DNA of 64,000 bases from an uncultured Phycisphaerales bacterium. Its GTDB lineage: Bacteria > Planctomycetota > Phycisphaerae > Tepidisphaerales > Tepidisphaeraceae. Where the stretch lies: the NCBI GenBank assembly GCA_963755915.1, contig CAVWLP010000002.1, positions 2,880,001-2,944,000 on the forward strand, written 5' to 3'. Positions 32,368 to 43,617 of this stretch are shown one piece after another. Each line of letters opens with the position of its first letter. The first letter of the stretch is position 1. The notes under the pieces are model-generated. The model ran no database searches. It saw only the letters and a program-made list of their open reading frames with translations, and was not told the origin of the DNA. The position numbers and the translations under genes are program-made.

Positions 32368-33081
32368 TCAATACCCCGCCGTATTCCACGAGATAATCGC
32401 CCCCTTCAAAAACCCATCCGCTCCCGCCATCTGCGCCTGCGCCGATTCCATCTGCTGCCGCGCCGCGACCACATCCGCATTCCGATAAAGCTGCGACTCA
32501 AAAACCTTCTCCTTCAGCGATAGAACCTGGTGGGTCGCCACCAGCCGAACGCGCGCGTCTGTGACCGTCGGATCATCCGCCAGCGCCTTCGCTTCCATCA
32601 CCGTGATCAACGATCCATCGTGCATCGCCTGCACCGCCGTCACGTTTCGCGTGCCTGTGCCGACGGCCGTCGAATTCACAATCGCCTGCTCTTCGGTCCG
32701 TCTCTCCGCCAGCTTTTTGTACTCCGGATCCTCATGCACCCGGCTCAGCACCGCCTCCACGGCCGCTTCGTAGTTGGCCTGTGCCGACTCGTAATCATCC
32801 TTGGCCGCCAGATAATCCCCGGAGATTTTGAAATCATCGCGTGCCCGCGAGATCAGCACCTGCAGGTCGCCCCAGCGGTTGTCATACTGGGCCTGCGCAA
32901 AGGCCGCCTGTCCCATGGCCGGCGCAAGGTTGTAAACCGCAATCGGCTGGCTGGGTTGCGCGCCCATAAACGGTGCAAATCCCGCTCCCTGCCAGGGGAC
33001 ATATCCCCCCATATTCTGGGCGAAGGCCCCGGCTGCAAAAGTCGTCAGAGCAAGGGCCGCTACGAAGGTTCGACCGAGCAT
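32368..33081 (-). CDS. Hypothetical exported, helical protein
   Basis: Signal peptide (MLGRTFVAALALTTFAAGAFAQ), GGAGG RBS upstream, Ala/Gln-rich helices. Confidence 0.7.
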   Translation of the reverse strand: MLGRTFVAALALTTFAAGAFAQNMGGYVPWQGAGFAPFMGAQPSQPIAVYNLAPAMGQAAFAQAQYDNRWGDLQVLISRARDDFKISGDYLAAKDDYESAQANYEAAVEAVLSRVHEDPEYKKLAERRTEEQAIVNSTAVGTGTRNVTAVQAMHDGSLITVMEAKALADDPTVTDARVRLVATHQVLSLKEKVFESQLYRNADVVAARQQMESAQAQMAGADGFLKGAIISWNTAGY

Positions 33082-33399
33082 AAAGACCTCCCTGCGAGAA
33101 GCTTATCCATAAGCATAAGCGTCAAAGACCGACAGCTACCGCATTATAGCGACAAGAAACGGATTCTGAACCGCCGATAACCTGTTTTCCCTCCGGCTGA
33201 TTCTTGCTCCGCTTGACGCTATGATAGCGGTGACCGATATTGAGTCGGCTCAGCGGCCTCCGCGCTGCGCGAGAGAGTGGAGCAGTAGAGAGTAGAACAG
33301 TAGATGCCCCCGCCCTGACCCTCCCCCGGAGTACCAGGGGAGGGGAGAAGAGGGAGTTACCAGGGGAGGGGATTAGAGTTGGCCGGAAACGTGCGAATA

Positions 33400-33696
33400 A
33401 TGCGAAACGCCCGACACGTCATTGCTGTAACCCTGATGGCGACGGCCATTTGCGCCGATCGCTCTCTGGCCGCCGCGCCATCCGAACCCCTGGCTTCGCA
33501 TCTCGCGGGCCGGATCATCACCAGGCTTTCAATAAAGCTCCGCAGCGTCGTGCCCGCCGTCTGCATCTACAAGCCCCGGCAATTTGGCCTCGCCTGTGCC
33601 CGGGCGGCCAAGCCGCGATTCAACCTTTTCCGCGCCGATTTTGTCTCGCCTCAGCTTTCCCCCTTCCAGTTCCGCCTCCCTCCGCCCAGCGCCTGA
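33400..33696 (+). CDS. Small leader ORF upstream of secA; candidate secretion-monitoring arrest peptide
   Basis: MRNARHVIAVTLMATAICADRSLAAA signal-like N-terminus; C-terminus SPFQFRLPPPSA; 60 nt to the secA ATG. Confidence 0.65.
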   Translation: MRNARHVIAVTLMATAICADRSLAAAPSEPLASHLAGRIITRLSIKLRSVVPAVCIYKPRQFGLACARAAKPRFNLFRADFVSPQLSPFQFRLPPPSA

Positions 33697-33755
33697 TTTT
33701 CCATTCCCGTCCGTTTTTCTGAGCTTACGCCGTAATTCTTTGATTAGAGGCGCTG
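33687..33755 (+). promoter_or_regulatory. Putative stem occluding the secA RBS
   Basis: CAGCGCCT (33687-33694) is the exact reverse complement of AGGCGCTG (33748-33755), which overlaps the AGAGG SD just before ATG 33757. Confidence 0.5.
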
Positions 33756-33756
33756 T

Positions 33757-36700
33757 ATGGCACTCAATACATCTAAAATCCTGACCTCCGTTTTCGGAAG
33801 CCGCAACGAACGGCTCCTCAAGCGCTACCACAAAGCCGTCGATCAGATCAATGCGCTGGAACCCAAAATCCGCGCCATGACCGACGTCCAGCTTCGCGAA
33901 CGCACCAAGGACCTGCGCACCGGCCTGACCCGCGGAAAAATCCGCTCCGAGGACATCCTCCTCGAGGCGATGGCCATCATCCGCGAATCGATGGACCGCA
34001 ACATCGGCATCCGCTCGATCTTCGACCCCGACAACAATTTCGATCCCGACCAGTTCGACGACGAAATGCTCGAAGCCTACGACAGCGTGCAGCGCGAGCT
34101 GATCAGCACCGGCGTCTCCTGGCGGCAGGCGCCGATCCCGCCCAAAATTTATGACGGTGTGCGCAAGCTCTTTCCCGAAAGCCGTCCGCCGTTCCGCGCC
34201 CGCTGTTTCGACGTGCAGATCATCGGCGGGCTCGTCCTTTACGAAGGTAAGATCGCTGAGATGGCGACCGGGGAAGGCAAAACGTTCGTCGCGCCGCTCG
34301 CCTGCTTCGTGCGCTGTTTGGAAGGGTATCACTGCCATGTCGTCACGGTGAACGACTATCTCGTCCGCCGCGACGCCAACTGGATTCGCCCCGCCTTCGA
34401 GAACCTCGGCCTCACCGTCGGCTTCATTCAGTCCGACATGGAGCCCGGCGGCGACACCCGGCGGGCCGCCTATAACTGCGACGTCACCTACGGCACCAAC
34501 AGCGAATTCGGCTTCGATTTCCTTCGCGACAACATGAAAGACCAGCGCCGCCCAGCAGGTGCAGGGGCCGCTTCGAGTTTGTGATCGTCGACGAGGTCGA
34601 TTCCATCCTGATCGACGAAGCCCGCACGCCGCTGATCATCAGCGGTGCCGCCCACGACGACGCGGCGAAATACCGGGCGGCCGACATCGTCGCACGTAAA
34701 GTCATGGAGATCCACAAGCCCTATGCCGCCGCCGAGGCAGCCGAGGATGCCGCCAAGCGCGCCATCAAGACCGCCGAGGGCGACGAAGACAAGGCCAAGA
34801 ACGCCGGCGAAAAAGAGGCCGCCCGCAAGCGCCAGGAGCTGTCGAAGAAGCAGCTTGAAGAGGCCGACCAGACGCAAGGAAGCGGAGACGCAGTATTACG
34901 AGGTGGAGCTGGACCGAAAAAGCGTTCACCTCACGCACGAAGGAATTGCCGCCGCACAGGAAGCCGCGGGCGTCGGGTCAGTTCTACGTCGGCAACAACA
35001 TGGAATGGCCGCATCTGATGGAGCAGTCCATGCGCGCCCACGTCGTTTACGAGCGCGACAAGGATTACGTCGTGGAGCGCGGGCAAAGGGGGACGATGGA
35101 AGTCGTCATCGTCGACGAATACACCGGCCGCAAAATGGTCGGCCGGCAATGGTCGGACGGCCTCCACCAGGCCGTCGAGGCCAAGGAGAAGGTGCCGATC
35201 AAGGAAGAAACCCAGACCCTGGCGACCATCACCCTCCAGAATTTCTTCAAGATGTACAAGATCCTGCGCCGGCATGACCGGAACCGCCCAGACCGAAGCC
35301 GAGGAATTCGGCAAGATCTACCGCCTCGACGTCGTGACCATTCCCACCAACCGCCCGGTCGTCCGCGACGACAACGAAGACCGCGTCTATCGCACCGAGC
35401 GCGAAAAATGGGATTCGATCATCGAAGAGATCAAGGATATTTCCGACAAGGGCCGCCCCGTTCTTGTCGGCACCACCAGCGTCGAAAAGAGCGAAATGCT
35501 TTCCAACATGCTGAAGCGGAAGTACGGCATCGACCATGAAGTGCTCAACGCCAAGTACCACGAGCGCGAGGCACAGATCGTCGCCGTCGCCGGGCAAAAC
35601 CATAAGAACCCGCGCGGTGAAACCGTCGGCAACGTGACCATCGCCACCAACATGGCCGGCCGCGGCACCGACATCAAGCTGACGACAGAAACAACCCAGG
35701 CAGGGGGGCTGCACGTCATCGGCACCGAGCGCCACACCGCCCGGCGAATCGACAACCAGCTCCGCGGACGCTCCGGCCGCCAGGGCGATCCCGGCTCCAG
35801 CCGGTTCTACGTGAGCCTTCAGGACGAGCTGATGAAGATGTTCGCCGGCGAATGGACCATCAAAGTCCTCGGCTGGCTCGGCATGGAAGAGGGGATGGCC
35901 ATCGAAGACAAGCGCATCAGCAAGGGAATTCTCCGCGCCAGAAAGAAAGTCGAAGAGCGCAACTTCCTCGCCCGCAAAAATCTTCTCGAATACGACGAAG
36001 TGATGGACCACCAGCGCACGACCTTCTACGGCATGCGCCAGCAAGTTCTGCGCGGGCAGGACGTCGAATCGATCATCTGGGAAATGATCGGCGAGGCGAT
36101 CGCCGATGCCGTCGATAAATACATCACGCAGGATTACGTCGCCGCCACCGTTGCCGAATGGGCTCGCATCAATTTCGAGGTCAATATCGATCCCGAAGAC
36201 CTCATCGGCAAGCGCAACATCGACGAGCTCGATCAGTACATCAAGGCCCAGGCCCGCGCCGAAGCCGAAACCAACATCACCGCCACCATCGGTGAATTCA
36301 TGGGCGAAAGCGAAAACGAAGAGGAGACCACGAAAAACTGGGACACCAAGGGCCTGCAGAGCTGGGCCATGAGCCGGTTCCACGTGAACCTCTCCCAAAA
36401 CCAAATCCGCCAGATGCACCCCGACGACGTGGAGAGCCAGTTGCGCACCGCCGCCGTCGAGCAGATCGATCACCGCGACTGCACCGGGCTAATGAAATAC
36501 CTCGCCCCCAATTTCGCCGAGCAGGAGCTGGTGAACTGGGCGAAGGAAAAGTTTAATGTCGAGATCAAGATCGAGGAGTTCGTTCTCGACCCCAAGGGCC
36601 ACAGCCTTCTGCCCGCCGAGCAGATTGTCGAGCTGATCGACAAGCGCGCCCGCTCGGCGTACGCCCGCCGGGAAATCGACTACCCCGTCGAGCACGCCCT

Positions 36701-37597
36701 CACCTACGCCTACGGCGGACCCGAAGGCTTCACCGACCATCCCTACTCCGCCGAGTACATCCAGAAATGGACCGCCAGGAAATACGGCGAGAGCGTCACC
36801 ATCGACCAGATTCGCGCCGGCACCCTCCAGCAGCTTCACGCCCGCCTCATCGCCCTCCAGGAAAAATTCGTGAAGGGGGGCGAAATGGAAAAAACCGTCG
36901 ATGCCCTCATTGCCGCCCACCCGGAGACCGAGCCCCTGCGCCTCGCCTTCAACGAACGCTTCGGCGCCAAGCTCACGCCACGCGATTTCGAGATTCAGAT
37001 CAAAACCGACGAAAAAGACACGCGGATGCTCTGGCAGTCGGCAACTCCCGAGCAGGTGCACCAGATTCTCATGGAACGCGCCCGGCTCGTGATGCGCGAA
37101 GAGCTGACCGATCTCGAGCAGTTCGTCCTCATCCAGATTTTCGACCAGAGTTGGAAAGACCATCTTTACGCGATGGACATCCTCAAAAACGGCATCGGCC
37201 TCCTCGCCTTTGCCGAGCAGGACCCGCGCGTGCAGTTCAAGAAAGAAGGTTACCGCTACTTCCAGGAGATGATGTCATCCGTGCGCGACAAGGTGACCGA
37301 CCTGATCTTCCGCGCCGCGTGGTCGGCGCCGCCCAGGCCCGCAACGCCTACAAGGAAACCGCCGCGGTTCACGAAGCCCAGGGCGGGTATGGCGTCGCCG
37401 AAAACGTCGCCGCCACTGCCTCCGCCGCGCAAGGCCAGCCCACAGGCGAAATGGACGAAGCCTCCGGCCAAACTCAGGGTGAGGCCGCCAAGGTCAAAAC
37501 CATCGTCCGCGAAGCCCCCAAGGTCGGACGCAACGACCCCTGCCCCTGCGGCAGCGGAAAGAAATATAAAAAATGTCACGGCATCGGCGTGGCGTGA
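33757..37597 (+). CDS. secA: Preprotein translocase SecA (about 1280 aa), several frameshifts (near 34540-34575, 34870-34985, 35265, 37320)
   Basis: [85 protein letters not shown]-terminal [18 protein letters not shown]. Confidence 0.97.
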
Positions 37598-37712
37598 GGC
37601 TCCAGGCACAGGCGAATCGCATTTCCTTTTTTCCCCCGCCCCCGGTACTCCGGGGGAGGGATGGGGAGGGGGTTTTTCGCGGAACTATGCGCCGCATGTC
37701 ATCGCTCCGCGC

Positions 37713-39351
37713 TCAGCGGCCGCAGTACTCACGCCACATGACGCGATACGCGGATTCAAGATTCCGCACAAATCGCTGCGCATCCATCAACGCTGACGAT
37801 TGCATTCGCGCCCGGAGATCCTGCCGAACTCTCGTGCGATCTCCCGCAAGCCGCACCGCGATCTGCTCGTATTCCGCGGCTGTTTTTGCGATCAAATCTG
37901 TCAGCCCCGCATTCATTAGAATACTTACCCCCGCCCGCGACATCCCCGACGACCCGGCCAGCGTCACCACCGGCACTCCCATGAACAATGCATCCAGCGT
38001 CGTCGTCCCCCCGTTGTACGGAAACGGATCCAGCGCGATATCAACCTGGTTGTACATCGGAAAATAATCCGCGTAATTGACCTTCTCGAAAAGCTCGATC
38101 CGATCCGGATCAACACCGTGCGCAGCGAACCCGCGCGTAAGGTATTCGTTCCCCCGCTTCCCCCCCGCGACGATCAATCGCAGCCGCGAACCGCCGACCT
38201 GAAGTAAAATCCGCGACCACACCGCGATCACCTCCGGATCGATCTTCGCGCACGTGTTGAACGACGCGAAAACCACCGGCCCGTCGCCCCCGCCCGCCGC
38301 CACCGCCGGCACGTCGATCTGCGGCTGATAACACCAATACGTCTCCGCCAACCGAACCACCCGCTCCGGCCCCAGCGTCTCCGCGCCCGCCGGATCCAGA
38401 TGCGGATCGCTCAACCGATAATCCATCGCCGGCAATCCCGTCGTCCCCGCATACGCCAGATAGCTCACCTGCACCGGCGCCGGCTTGCGCAAACACCAGC
38501 ATCCGATTCCGCGGCATGTGCGCCGTCAAATCCACAAGAATATCGATCCCATCCTCCCGAATCCGCTGCGCCAGCGCGGCATCCGACATGCCATTGGTAG
38601 CCACCCACCCATCGCAATCCGCTTTCACCCGATCGGTCATGAAATCAGCCTTGGAGACGTCGGCATAACAGATCGATTCAAATCCCACCCGATCCCGATG
38701 ATGCAAAATCGGCTGCATAAAGAGCGCGATCACATGCTGCCGAAAATCCGGCGAAACATACCCGACTCTCAATCGCCGCTCCGGATCGCGCAAATTCCCA
38801 TGCGCATGAATCTCCCCCTCCAGCGGCTTGGCCCACTTCTCTGCCCAGCGCCGGTGCTCTTCCTCAATATTTCCCGCCGACGCCTCCGCATCAAACCACA
38901 TCGTGTACAGCAAATGGCTATGCGTGATCGCATTCGGCCGAAGCGCCAGCGACCTCCGCAGCCACTGCGCCGCCTCGGAAACTCTCCCCTGAGATCGCAG
39001 GCACGCGGCGAGATAATCCAGCGGTCGCGGATCATTCGGGCTCAGCTCAAACGTCCGCCCAAACGCCTCGACTGCCTCGGAAGGGCGATTGAGTTGTTGA
39101 ATCGCCCCCCCAAGATTCCCCCAGTACGCCGCTGACGATCCATTGATCGCGATCGCCCGGCGAAAAAGATCCTCCGCCTCCGCAAATTTTCCCTGCTGAA
39201 GACAAAGCAGCCCGGTTTGATTCAAAAGGTCCGCATGCCGCGGCGCATGCTCGATCAGCTTCCGGAGAATCCCCTCCGCTTCCGCCAGCCGGCCGGAATC
39301 GACCAGCCCTGCAACCTGCGCGAGCATTTGCTGCGGATTAACGCGACTCAT
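37713..39351 (-). CDS. TPR-containing O-GlcNAc transferase-like protein (GT41/SPINDLY type), frameshift near 38490
   Basis: TPRs, [60 protein letters not shown]. Confidence 0.88.
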
Positions 39352-40457
39352 GTTCCCCCGCAGCTTTCGAAAGCCCCTCCAGGAAACCTGCAACATTTCC
39401 CGCATCAAGCCGCACCCCGAAATCCGAAATATCCTCGCCCGCCGACGGCGGAAAACCCGTCAATCGATCGATCACCAGGTCCCCCAGCTCTTTCTTGAAA
39501 TGCCCGGGATCCCAATACCATCGCATGTGCGTCGCAGTTTCCTCGCCCGTGGGGTATTTCTCCGTCGTATATTTCGTATCCGAGCAAAAATCCCACAGCG
39601 TCACCGGATTGCCAGGAAACTTCTGATTCTGCCGCTCCACCATCGCACTCAGATCGCCGATCCAATCCAGATACATCTGCCACTTCCCCGACACAATCAG
39701 CCGCTGAAAAAAAATCACATGCGTCGGCAACACAACCATATCCACCTTGATCCCCAGCCCCGTCGCGTCGTCGAGCAACTTCTCCAGCCTCCGCATTCTC
39801 TCCTGATCGACATACAGCCCCGCCGTCGCCCCTTCCGCTCCGGAAAAGTCGTAATAATTCACCATCACCCAGTCGGCCGCGCCGTGATTGGCGAAATTCT
39901 CATCCATCTGTCCCAGCCGCCAGTCCATCGCCCGCCGGTCGTTCATCCGATTCTTCACCGTCGTAACCGATCGCTGCAATGCACTGACGCTCAGGAGCGA
40001 CCCAAGATAATAGTCCACGGGATTGATGGATGGATTGAGCAGCGTCATCGAATCCTCATCCGGCGCTGCGCCGGGCATCAAAATCGCTCAGATCGACACA
40101 CAGCACGATCCTGCGCGGCGGATGCCCCGCAATCGCCAGCCGGGCCGCGCGATCGAACTCATCAAACACCGCCCCCGGCAATCCCGCATTGAAAACCCGC
40201 GCCCCGCGCCATCCCGGATGCTCCGGATCGAGCCCCACTTCCACCCGTGAATTCCCCAGCAGAATCACGTCCCATCTCTGCGCCGCAAGCCGCTGCGCCT
40301 TCCCCAACCGGCCCCCGATCCCGTCCCGAAATGGCGACCCATTCGATCGGTAAATCCCAAACGGATCGATCATCGCATTCGCCCCGGCCACAAAAACCAG
40401 CGCAATCAGAATGCCGCCCATCATCCCGCGAAGATATTTCAAATAGGCCGCGCTCAT
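39338..40457 (-). CDS. Membrane-anchored MBOAT partner protein (SGNH-like), frameshift near 40075
   Basis: N-terminal TM...IDPFG, ILLGNSRV, FNAG, VVLPTH, WDF, YWDPGH. Abuts the MBOAT gene. Confidence 0.65.
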
Positions 40458-41916
40458 TCAGAACTGGTAGTAAATAAATTCGCTCGCTCTCGACAAGTAT
40501 AAAATGCTCACGATGGCGACGACCGCAACCGCCCCGCACCAGAACCAATCCGGCCGCCACAGCAGCCGCCGGCCCTGGTCCTCCGGCGCCGGCGGCACAA
40601 CTCCCAATGCCGGCCGCGCCAGCGACATCACATGCTGCGAATTCGGCGCGACAAACACAAACGCCAAAAGCGCAAGCACCGAGATCCATCGCCCTCGATC
40701 CGTCCATGCCTTCCCCAAATCAAATCCATCATATCCCGACATCGCGGTCAGCATCCGCCGCGCCGTCGAAAAATCCGGCGCGAAACAGCACCCACGCAAC
40801 CGCCACCGACACAAACGTCACGCCTCTGGCCCAAATGCCTCTCTTGCGATTCCCGCTCACCGCCCGAAACCCATGATTGACCACCAGGTAAACCCCATGC
40901 AGCCCGCCCCAGGCGACGAATGTCCAGTTCGCCCCGTGCCACAGCCCGCCGAGCAGCATCGTGATCATGAGGTTCACATATCTCCTCGCTTTCCCGAGCC
41001 GGTTTCCTCCCAGCGGGATATACAGATAATCGCGCAGAAATCGCGACAGCGTGATGTGCCACCGATGCCAGAAATCGATCACGCTGCTCGCCTGATACGG
41101 CGAATTAAAATTCACCGGCAGCCGAAACCCGAAGATCCGCGCCAACCCCAGCGCCATGTCCGTATACCCCGAAAAATCGAAATAAATCTGCAGCGTATAC
41201 GCCAGCGTCCCCAGCCATGCCGTCGCCACGTCCGGCGTCGCTCCCGCCGCCGCGGCGCCGAATATCCGGTTGGCGGTGGGGGAGATGGAGTCAGCGATCA
41301 AAACCTTCTTGCACAACCCGAAGAAAAAAAGCGTCAAGCCCACCACCAGATTCTTGGCGCTGATACCCATCACGGTTCGCCGCGCAAACTGCGGCAAAAC
41401 CTCGCGCGGATGCACGATCGGCCCCGCGATCAACTGCGGGAAAAAGAGCACCATCAAACAGTAATACAGAAAATTCCTTGAATACCCTCGGCCCTTATAC
41501 GTATCCACGAGATACGCGATCTTCTGAAACGTAAAAAACGAAATCCCCAGCGGCAGAATAATCGGCCCCAGCGACCACGATTTCCCCATCGCCGCGTCCA
41601 ACGTGCCGACGAGGAACCCTGCATATTTGAAATAAGCCAGAACGATGAGATTAAAAACCAGGCCGGCGATCAGTCCCGCCTTTCGAACCGCAGGCGCCCC
41701 CGCGGCGAGCCAGACGGTGCCGATCAAATAGTTGATCGTCAGCGAAACCACCAGCAGCGCAAGAAATTTCGGGCTCCACCAGGCGTAAAAAAACATCGAG
41801 CAGGCGACCAGCCACACCAAAGCGGCGGTGCGCCAGGCGAAGTGACTGAGAACCGCAAAGCCGAAGATCGTGACGGGCAGGAAGGCAAAGATGAAGCAGT
41901 AGGAATTGAAAAGCAT
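40458..41916 (-). CDS. MBOAT O-acyltransferase (AlgI/DltB-like), frameshift near 40785
   Basis: LPLGISFFTFQ, FFPQLIAGPI, QIYFDFSGYTDMA, FWHRWHITLS, GLWHGA, C-terminal EFIYYQF. Confidence 0.92.
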
Positions 41917-41978
41917 CCTCGGCTGCAAGGGCAGCCGTGCAACATCTTAATCCGATTGAAGCGGCGCGTGTAGCGGGC

Positions 41979-42515
41979 TTAGCGCACGCAATAGCGCATC
42001 GCCATGCGGTCGAGTTGGCGGGCCGCGTCCTGAAGGTTCATCACGTCGCTCTGCATCTGCTCGGACGCGAAACTCCCATACGACTCCGGCGACTGCCGTC
42101 CGTAAACCCGCATCAAAACCGCCATCGCGTTGCTCGCCTGGCCCCCCTCGTTCATCCGGGCGTCAAGGCTGATCGTATTCTCCGCCGCGATGTAGCGGGC
42201 GACGGCATACCGGAAATCAGGCGGGCACTTGGAAACGTCGATCTGCGCCTGCTTAGCGATGCAATCATCCACCGCGGCCATCGGCGCCATCCGCCCGGAA
42301 TTCTGAGCCATCAGCGCGCTGCGCTGAAGATAGGAGAGGCGATTCATGACGTTCTGGCACGGCGCCGTCGCGCTGCTTTGCCAGGACCGGTTCGCGAGCG
42401 AATAAGATGCCGCGCTGGCGGACTCGGGCGCGGGCTGCCCGCCCTTAAGCACCGCGATCGCGACAGAGAAAGTGCAGGCCACAACAGCCGCCCAGCCAAC
42501 AATCCGGATATTCAT
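41979..42515 (-). CDS. Hypothetical exported protein
   Basis: Hydrophobic N-terminus, GGAGGAG RBS, IDVSKCPPDFR. Confidence 0.65.
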   Translation of the reverse strand: MNIRIVGWAAVVACTFSVAIAVLKGGQPAPESASAASYSLANRSWQSSATAPCQNVMNRLSYLQRSALMAQNSGRMAPMAAVDDCIAKQAQIDVSKCPPDFRYAVARYIAAENTISLDARMNEGGQASNAMAVLMRVYGRQSPESYGSFASEQMQSDVMNLQDAARQLDRMAMRYCVR

Positions 42516-42872
42516 ATAAGTGCGCTCCTCCGCGAGTTATTCGACATGCGAAGGGAGGAACTGAAGGCGTGGCGTGGTCCGATTAATTTTTGAAGCGGGG
42601 AGAGAATATTTTTCGGCAGGGACATCAACACAAAACTGGACAGTCCACAACAAAATGGGGGGATTGGGCGGTTTGGGTAGGTGCATTTCGCGATATCAGC
42701 GATATCGTTGACATCAATGATATCTCTAATATCAGACTGGCGTTGTTGAGGTTTCGTGCGGCGAGGGCGCCCCGCACCGCAAGACTCTATCGCTTCCTGG
42801 GCTTCATCACGTGAACAAACGAAGTCATGATCTTGAGGCGATGGAGATCGCTATAGAATTCGTCCTTCAACC

Positions 42873-43451
42873 ATGAAAGCGCGGTCTTATCTTCTCTTTC
42901 TCATCGCCGCCAGTTCGAGCGTGATTTTGGTAGTCGCCTTACGCCCTTCGTTGAATCAGTGGATCGGGTACCATGCCCAAAGACCTTTTGTTGCCGAAAT
43001 AACGTATTGTTCCGGCGATCTACAGATCGAATGGTTCGGCCGCAGTGAATACCAATCGCGCTTAATATGGTTTGATGACGGTCATGGCCAGCAAGTGCAG
43101 GCCCGCTGGCAGTTCAATCCATTCCGGCCCATAGGGGAGGGGTTTTTGTGTCACAGTTGGCGTTTTGGCATTACACCGCGGGCACGCGACGGCGCTGTCG
43201 CCGCTCCCGCTTGGGCGTTCGTGGGATGCCTTTTTTTCGTTCTGATATCTATATCTGAGGCGATTCGCTTTGCGCAACGAAGAACCAAGCTCACGAACCA
43301 TAACGGTTTTGAGGTGATCACGGAGGGGCAAGAAGAATCGGCTTGTTTGAACGCGGAAATCGCGGCAGCCGCGTCCTGTCAGCAATCGAACTCCATGCGT
43401 CGCGCCTTTTATTTGGCGAAGAAACGCAAAGTACTACAGCGAAAGACGTGA
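42873..43451 (+). CDS. Hypothetical membrane protein, lower GC
   Basis: Two hydrophobic segments; TATAGAAT upstream. Confidence 0.45.
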   Translation: MKARSYLLFLIAASSSVILVVALRPSLNQWIGYHAQRPFVAEITYCSGDLQIEWFGRSEYQSRLIWFDDGHGQQVQARWQFNPFRPIGEGFLCHSWRFGITPRARDGAVAAPAWAFVGCLFFVLISISEAIRFAQRRTKLTNHNGFEVITEGQEESACLNAEIAAAASCQQSNSMRRAFYLAKKRKVLQRKT

Positions 43452-43617
43452 ATCCGTAAGCAAACTTGCGCCAAATCTCTCCATTCAAAGCCCCGAATGC
43501 GGAAAACGATTGCAACCTTCACCCCCGCAAAAACTTACACCCCCGCACGAAGCTAGCATCTACAAACAAAAGTCTCGAAAGTGTTCAAAACTGTTCAATT
43601 CTGTTCAATCCCCGAAT

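Noticed and set aside
32320-32523. C-terminal extension beyond PEP-CTERM in the 30268-32523 ORF
   Set aside because: It overlaps the convergent gene, and PEP-CTERM is normally terminal. Likely a missed stop from an indel.
34530-37330. Programmed frameshifting or a split secA
   Set aside because: There are multiple shifts without slippery heptamers, and the same pattern occurs throughout the window. Sequencing error is the simpler explanation.
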